IMG/VR virus record: IMGVR_UViG_3300048848_000286
Span: 1 to 32,579 of that record
Source: a virus
Lineage: Duplodnaviria > Caudoviricetes
Length of the DNA: 32,579 bases
Reading direction: 5' to 3' (one strand)
Made by a program: the position numbers and the translations under genes. The notes below the pieces were generated by a model, which did not search any database, was not told where the DNA came from, and saw nothing but the letters and a program-made list of their open reading frames with translations. Positions 27,744-32,579 of this stretch are shown piece after piece (position 1 is the stretch's first letter; each line of letters starts with the position of its first letter).

Positions 27744-27771
27744 GAGGCGGCGAGCCGGAACCCGCCGCCTC
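27744..27771 (-). other. GC-rich hairpin between the Acb2/Tad1-like and PGDYG-like genes
   Basis: GAGGCGGCG...CGCCGCCTC inverted repeat with no clear U tract. Confidence 0.5.
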
Positions 27772-27778
27772 ATCAGCA

Positions 27779-28018
27779 TCAAGCCGTGACGTGCTTCACA
27801 GCCCACATGACCGACTGCTCGGCATTCGTCAGAGCCAACGACAGTTCGCGGCTCTTGCCTGTCTCATTGATGATGTCGATCAGCGCCTGACCGGCATCCT
27901 TGATCTTCACCATCTGCGCCTTCTCGGCATCCGACAGCACCCGGTACTGATGACGGACCGTGTTGTTCGCCGTCCGCTGATCGCCCGCGCTGTCGACCAT
28001 GTTCTTCTGCTCGCTCAT
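27779..28018 (-). CDS. Acb2/Tad1-like helical hairpin protein (candidate cyclic-nucleotide sponge)
   Basis: QYRVLSDAEKAQMVKIKDAG resembles the Acb2 N-terminal helix; SRELSLALTNAEQSVMWAVK resembles the Tad1/Acb2 C-terminal helix; GGAG RBS. Confidence 0.72.
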   Translation of the reverse strand: MSEQKNMVDSAGDQRTANNTVRHQYRVLSDAEKAQMVKIKDAGQALIDIINETGKSRELSLALTNAEQSVMWAVKHVTA

Positions 28019-28183
28019 TGCCGTTCTCCGTTTCTGTGGTGGTGAAAAAAATCCAGACCGTGATCTCCTCAGTGGTTCGAATATTGTGGGAGGGTGGAAC
28101 TGGAAGACTCGAGCCCAATTTTGCCCCCACCCCCCTTTGGCAGGCGCCCGAACGAGAACGAAGGGGGTACGGGGGCGCGTTCC

Positions 28184-28720
28184 TCAATCATCCTCGGGAA
28201 CGTCCTGCATATGCGGTAACGGGTTGCCCTCGCCTTTCCCCAGATGCTCTATCTGTGCGCCGCCTGATCGATCCAGCTTGACCATGTATCCAGGCGTCAC
28301 GTTGGTGGTGTTGTTCACCTGCACATTGATCTGCGTGGCGCCGATCGTGTGCTGCCCTCGGTTCTGCCCGTCCAGGTATTCAGCGGCCTTGAAGCGCACT
28401 GTCCCTGTCTCCTTCTCGTCGAGCAGTTCACCCATGGTGTGGAGCGCACGAGGGCGGAGGCTATTCCGCAACACCTCCTGAAGCTCGTTCAGATAAGCAA
28501 GCACCTCTGTTTTGCGCAGAGCGAGGCGAAGGGTATCGTCGTGAATTCCGGCCTCTTTTGCAGCGTCGGTGCGCTTCCGCCCTTCGAAGACCATGAGCTC
28601 GATAGCTGCCTTGGTCTTGGGGGAGATCGAGAGCTCTTTTTTTTGCTTGCTGAGGAGAGCGGCGGCTTTCTGAGCTTTGGCGCTGTGAGCCGATACCGTC
28701 TGCTTGGAAGGCATGACCAT
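28184..28720 (-). CDS. terS: Terminase small subunit (putative)
   Basis: HTH-like RKRTDAAKEAGIHDDTLRLAL, then RFKAAEYLD and INVQVN; first gene of the late region, upstream of terL. Confidence 0.7.
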   Translation of the reverse strand: MVMPSKQTVSAHSAKAQKAAALLSKQKKELSISPKTKAAIELMVFEGRKRTDAAKEAGIHDDTLRLALRKTEVLAYLNELQEVLRNSLRPRALHTMGELLDEKETGTVRFKAAEYLDGQNRGQHTIGATQINVQVNNTTNVTPGYMVKLDRSGGAQIEHLGKGEGNPLPHMQDVPEDD

Positions 28721-28820
28721 GCTGCTGTCTCTGCGCCTCTGCTGATCTCTCGGAATGCGCTGACCTGTTTAGAAAGAAGGATGCGCGCGCGAAGCTTGTA
28801 ACCGGAGGGCGGAAATGGAC

Positions 28821-28832
28821 GCAAAGCACAGG
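28821..28832 (-). promoter_or_regulatory. CCTGTGCTTTGC box upstream of terS
   Basis: Exact 12-mer 100 bp upstream of terS; the -10 element is less clear. Confidence 0.6.
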
Positions 28833-28901
28833 ATGCGGATGCAATGATTACAGTGAGTTGCGAGGATGGCCGGAGAGGGCGCGAATTAGCCGTGTCGGAT
28901 G

Positions 28902-29031
28902 AACGTGCATATATTGCACTTTTGCCTTTCCAGCCGGATGGGGGGATTCGGTGTGCTTTGGCGGATGCTGGGCACCGGCTGTAACGTGCAACATATGCAG
29001 GTTCAGTGGCGCTCAGTATGCGACTGTTGCA
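28902..29031. promoter_or_regulatory. Operator-like TGCA-N5-TGCA palindromes and a plus-strand variant box (GGTGTGCTTTGG, 28950-28961)
   Basis: AACGTGCATATATTGCA (28902-28918), AACGTGCAACATATGCA (28983-28999), TGCGACTGTTGCA (29019-29031). Confidence 0.5.
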
Positions 29032-29058
29032 CATTGCAGGCGATGAAGGGCACCACCT

Positions 29059-29358
29059 ATGGAACGACCGCTTGAGAGCGAACCTGAACACCTGAAATGC
29101 AGATACTGGCGCAGCGAGATCGTGAAGCTGACAAAGGCGCAGGTGGCGCAGGAAACGGGGTTCAGCGTGTCGTCGATCACGGACATCGAGAATGGCGAGA
29201 ACCGGACGACGAAGAAGCCGATCGATAAGCAGGTGATGAAGCGGTACCGGATGGCATGTGCTGCGGTGAGCTTAGAAGCGAACTTCACGTGGCTGACGTT
29301 GGACCTTGAGACCGCCATGCCGATGAAGATGACGATGAGTATGTGGATAAGGAGATGA
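29059..29358 (+). CDS. XRE-family HTH transcriptional regulator
   Basis: LTKAQVAQETGFSVSSITDIENG. Confidence 0.82.
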   Translation: MERPLESEPEHLKCRYWRSEIVKLTKAQVAQETGFSVSSITDIENGENRTTKKPIDKQVMKRYRMACAAVSLEANFTWLTLDLETAMPMKMTMSMWIRR

Positions 29359-29726
29359 CGATGAGCATGATCGAGCGCGTTGCTGCAGCCCTTGAGGACG
29401 TGCAGTTGTTCATCAATACGGTTGGTACTGAGGAGGTGCAGATATGCCGCCGCGAGAAGGACGGTGGGCACAGTGTGGTCAGCCGCCATCCGTATGACGC
29501 TGATGGCGTTGTGGAGCTGCGTGCCGCTGTGCGTCGAGAGACGGCCAAGGCTGCGATTGAGGCCATGCGAGAACCGACCCTTACCATGCGGCAAGCTGGC
29601 GCGTTCAGATGGCGTCTCGTAGAGCTTAGCAATGGCTCATCGGTCGAAGTGCCGGGCTTTGGCGATCATCCCATCACGAGCTACGGCAAGATGATCGACG
29701 CTGCACTGATCGAACGCGGAGAATAG
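29355..29726 (+). CDS. Hypothetical phage protein (MIERVA...AAIEAMREPT...MIDAAL family)
   Basis: ATGA overlap with the XRE gene and AAGGAG RBS. Confidence 0.7.
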   Translation: MTMSMIERVAAALEDVQLFINTVGTEEVQICRREKDGGHSVVSRHPYDADGVVELRAAVRRETAKAAIEAMREPTLTMRQAGAFRWRLVELSNGSSVEVPGFGDHPITSYGKMIDAALIERGE

Positions 29727-29733
29727 CGGCATC

Positions 29734-29925
29734 ATGGCCAGACCTAAAGCAACAGGCAGAGAACTCCTTGATCAGCGCATGGTGGTCATGATGTCGCCCT
29801 CCGAACTGAAAGCTATAGATGATTGGGGGTTCGAGCGTCGCATAAGATCCCGAGGCGAGGTCATCCGCATGCTATGCCAGATTGGCATGACCGAAGGTGG
29901 TCACCGTGGAGAGGACAAGCAATGA
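29734..29925 (+). CDS. Ribbon-helix-helix DNA-binding protein
   Basis: QRMVVMMSPSELKAIDDW...RSRGEVIRML; GGAG RBS. Confidence 0.75.
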   Translation: MARPKATGRELLDQRMVVMMSPSELKAIDDWGFERRIRSRGEVIRMLCQIGMTEGGHRGEDKQ

Positions 29926-30182
29926 ACATGATAGAGAAGGTTGCACGAGCTATTGCGCAGATTTCGATAGCCGACGCGAGAGGGGAGTTCGGCGTGGACG
30001 AGCTTGCTGTGTTGGTGGACGCGCAGTGGCAGGATTATATGCCCGAGGCCACAGCAGCCATTGCGGCGCTGCGTGATCCCACGGCTGACATGCTTATAGG
30101 ATCATGGGCAATGGCCGGCATGACCGAGGATCGTTGGCAGGCGATGATTGACAGAGCCCTGAACCCGGACATTCCATTCTGA
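29922..30182 (+). CDS. Hypothetical phage protein, paralog of 29355..29726
   Basis: MNMIEKVARAI...AAIAALRDPTADM...WQAMIDRAL; GAGGA RBS and ATGA overlap. Confidence 0.7.
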   Translation: MNMIEKVARAIAQISIADARGEFGVDELAVLVDAQWQDYMPEATAAIAALRDPTADMLIGSWAMAGMTEDRWQAMIDRALNPDIPF

Positions 30183-30490
30183 TGACCGAGCCCTATCAGC
30201 CCAAATACGCCTGGAAGCGCACGCAGCTCGACGAGAACGATCCGCCGACCGATCTGGATTGGCAGGGGTTCGACAGCGACGGGTATGTGGGCAGGATCCG
30301 GAAAGAGACGAACGGGCCGACCAAGGGCAAATGGCAGTGGTCAGGCGGATATCCGCGGACGCATGGTGGCCGGCCGCCGACACCGAACACGGGCTGGGTT
30401 GAGACAGCGCGTCAGGCCACGCAGAAATGCGAAGAGTATTGGGATCTGGCGCACAAGGTGATGACGCCGCTGGGGGCCGGGAACGAGTGA
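30182..30490 (+). CDS. Hypothetical Trp-rich protein
   Basis: 102 aa, TGATG overlap; YVGRIRKE..GPTKGKWQWSG. Confidence 0.7.
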   Translation: MTEPYQPKYAWKRTQLDENDPPTDLDWQGFDSDGYVGRIRKETNGPTKGKWQWSGGYPRTHGGRPPTPNTGWVETARQATQKCEEYWDLAHKVMTPLGAGNE

Positions 30491-30528
30491 GGCGCCGCGC
30501 AGTTCATGCTCAATTAGGGAGTAGAACC

Positions 30529-30786
30529 ATGGACGTCTTTTCACCGAAGCACCCGAAGAGTCATTTCGATTACAGCCTCGAGTGCGAGGAAGCACTCGAC
30601 CTGCCACTGCAGGAGCTGATCGACATCGCTGTGCAAGCTGGCTGGGACACACGCACTGTGATCAAGGCGTTGGAGAGCGTCGCGCAGAACAAAGCGATTG
30701 CCTATGAGCAGGATCCGGACCCAGAGGATGATCCTAGCGAGGCAGAGCTTGTCGCACAGGCTCTTGAGCAAGGCGCTAACGCCTAG
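30529..30786 (+). CDS. Small acidic hypothetical protein
   Basis: AGGGAG RBS; MDVFSPK...LECEEALDLPLQELIDIAVQAGW. Confidence 0.7.
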   Translation: MDVFSPKHPKSHFDYSLECEEALDLPLQELIDIAVQAGWDTRTVIKALESVAQNKAIAYEQDPDPEDDPSEAELVAQALEQGANA

Positions 30787-31148
30787 TTTCACACAGGCCC
30801 CTCCATCAGTTTTTGTCCACAGAATTTCAGGGAATATCGGGGATAACCACGAAGTTGCTGCTGCAACCTATTGATTTCGCTAAGTCACGCGATTTTCGCG
30901 CGTCTCCACAAGATATAGTCGCAGGTGGATGAGGACGCGCAAGCTCTTGATAAACGAGCGTGATGCTGACTAAGCTGATGCTATCAACAACGAAGGGAGA
31001 CCATCATGGTCAAACAGCTGGTGTTGATAGCAGCGTTCTCGGTCGTGGGGATCTATTACTTCCACCACGCCTGGACCGAACTGAAAGAGGCCGTGTCGAT
31101 TTCTCAACACGGCCCCGATGATCCAAAACGGTAATAGCTCTGCTATCA

Positions 31149-31177
31149 AGGGGGTCGGTGTGCTAGCACCGGCCCCT
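31149..31177. terminator. Hairpin between convergent transcription units
   Basis: GGGGTCGGTG-TGCTAG-CACCGGCCCC. Confidence 0.5.
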
Positions 31178-31255
31178 ACCGATTTTGTAAGCATACCTTT
31201 CATCCAAACGGCAGAACTGTCAACGCCGACATGCTGACCGAGCTGTTGATAGCCC

Positions 31256-31744
31256 TCACGCCGCTGCCCTCTTCCTCGGCTTGCGCGGCAGATCCACCAG
31301 CACCAGCCCAACCTTGAGCCCACCCAGCCACAGCGGGAACATGTCAGGTCCGAGCCCACGCCCTTGAGGACGGCCATAGTTCTCGAGCTTGGACGTGTAG
31401 CCCTCCTGCATGCCGCAGCGTGCATCGAGCTCCATGCTTGAAATGTCCATGCTGTTGCGGCGGGCGATCAGCGCGTCGACGAGCTGTTCGTATTCAGTGA
31501 TGACGCCCGAGACAGGTTTGAGGCCGATCACGCGGCTCTCAGTGTCGGGATCGGCGCCACCTCGTGCGGCTTCCCACTTCGACAGGTCATAGTCCGACCA
31601 GTAATCGCGGTTGTTCAGCCGGATCGGGATCGGGAAATCCTTCTCGTCCTTGATCCAGCGCATGAGGGTCCACCGGCTTATGCCATACCGCAGCAAAACG
31701 TCGGGCCGGGAGAGATATCGTTCGTTTTTTGTGCGTGCGGTCAT
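31256..31744 (-). CDS. Double-HTH DNA-binding protein (AlpA/excisionase-like wHTH plus XRE-like HTH)
   Basis: YLSRPDVLLRYGISRWTLMRWIK..DFPIPIRL and ISSMELDARCGMQEGYTSKLEN. Confidence 0.75.
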   Translation of the reverse strand: MTARTKNERYLSRPDVLLRYGISRWTLMRWIKDEKDFPIPIRLNNRDYWSDYDLSKWEAARGGADPDTESRVIGLKPVSGVITEYEQLVDALIARRNSMDISSMELDARCGMQEGYTSKLENYGRPQGRGLGPDMFPLWLGGLKVGLVLVDLPRKPRKRAAA

Positions 31745-31779
31745 GGTGCAATCCGTAGCTAAGTGTTGCAGGCAGTAGC

Positions 31780-32352
31780 TTACCAATCGAGGTCAGCAGG
31801 CGCCGGATCGGGAACCTGTTGAGCCGGCAAAGGAGCACCCGCCGAGCCTTGCGGCCCATAGGCTGCACCGAGGATGGCGCAGTAGATGCCGCCGGTGGGC
31901 AGCTCACCCTTGCGAGCGAGAAAGCCGGGATGCGAGGTGACGGTGAACAGCAGCGCGCGGCCTTCGTCGAGCATGCGCTGCTTGGCGTCGGCGATGCGAT
32001 CCACGAGCAGCTTGGGCTTCACCAAGATCGGCCGCTTGTCTTCGAGCTCTCTACGTCCGACCGCGAGCTCGATCTGCTTGTTGACGTATGCCATCTCGTC
32101 GCGAATGGCCTGTGAGAGCTCGGGAGGCGTGGGCGAGAACGTCTTCGAGATGCCGTCGATCTCGCCGCGAATGACCTTGACCACGACCGTGTCCAGGGCG
32201 TGGAAGCTGGCACCGCGCAGTGCGATCAGATAACCCTCAAGCTGCCCGTCAACGTCGCCCTTGCGAAGCGGCAGGGCCGAGAACAGCCTGCGGAGCGCGA
32301 TCGTAAGCTCCATGCTCGTTGCTTCCCTCAATCGTCCGTCGTTCATCTGCAT
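31780..32352 (-). CDS. Hypothetical replication-module protein (possible helicase-loader-like); start uncertain
   Basis: YLIALRG...FSPTPPELSQAIR; directly follows the replication gene. Confidence 0.55.
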   Translation of the reverse strand: MQMNDGRLREATSMELTIALRRLFSALPLRKGDVDGQLEGYLIALRGASFHALDTVVVKVIRGEIDGISKTFSPTPPELSQAIRDEMAYVNKQIELAVGRRELEDKRPILVKPKLLVDRIADAKQRMLDEGRALLFTVTSHPGFLARKGELPTGGIYCAILGAAYGPQGSAGAPLPAQQVPDPAPADLDW

Positions 32353-32579
32353 TTCGCTGTCCCATTCCGTTCATGAGTTCGTCGAGGCGGTCCACCATGG
32401 CGTTGCCGGTACCGGACGGCGGGGCCTGGGAGTTGCCGCGCGGCCGGCCGGCGTTCCGCATCCAGTTCCGCCACGTCGCCTCCCAATCGAGCTTGGTGGC
32501 GTCCTTGCCGCTCTTGCCGATCCAGAAATCCCGGAACTTGTCCGCTTCGAGCCGGATGGTTGCGTCGGAATGGCCCTGA
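32249..32579 (-). CDS. C-terminal part of a phage replication protein (5' end outside the window)
   Basis: Frame open from the window edge: EADKFRDFWIGKSGKDATKLDWEATWRNWMRN. Confidence 0.72.
   Translation of the reverse strand, partial: QGHSDATIRLEADKFRDFWIGKSGKDATKLDWEATWRNWMRNAGRPRGNSQAPPSGTGNAMVDRLDELMNGMGQRNADERRTIEGSNEHGAYDRAPQAVLGPAASQGRR

Larger units (their letters stand above)
1432..32579 (-). mobile_element. Temperate podovirus-like prophage (late, packaging and part of replication region; continues beyond the window)
   Basis: Co-oriented terS, terL, portal, scaffold, capsid, tail tubular A/B, internal virion proteins, fibres and lysis genes ending at a tRNA 3' fragment; no sheath or tape-measure gene seen. 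Confidence 0.93.

Noticed and set aside
3309-28832. CRISPR array or REP elements as the source of the 12-mer repeats
   Set aside because: Copies are dispersed, non-palindromic and tied to gene starts, with no spacer periodicity

Overview
Most of the window (about 1432 to the right edge) is the late half of a temperate podovirus-like prophage in a high-GC bacterium, probably an alphaproteobacterium (inferred from gene content). Its left boundary is a 48-bp 3' fragment of tRNA-Arg(CCT), read here as an att site. On the minus strand from right to left: end of a replication gene, a double-HTH regulator, a divergent plus-strand accessory operon, terS, an Acb2/Tad1-like and a PGDYG-like small gene, terL, portal, an SGNH-hydrolase gene, scaffold, major capsid, tail tubular A/B, four internal virion proteins (one with a lytic transglycosylase domain, one with a DdrB-like ParB domain), a modular tail-fibre set, an antisense O-fucosyltransferase-like moron, and a GH108 endolysin/spanin lysis cassette. 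A GT61-like glycosyltransferase lies just outside the att site. The clearest unannotated signals are: (i) an exact 12-mer CCTGTGCTTTGC found six times (plus two variants) at late-module starts, usually overlapping a -35 with a 17-18 bp spacer, three copies implying leaderless mRNAs; (ii) an in-frame TAG splitting the tail-fibre adaptor gene; (iii) a repeated DGG/TAATG junction linking the tail-fibre genes; (iv) a candidate nucleotide-sponge anti-defence pair between terS and terL. Family calls are from recalled motifs; no searches were run.
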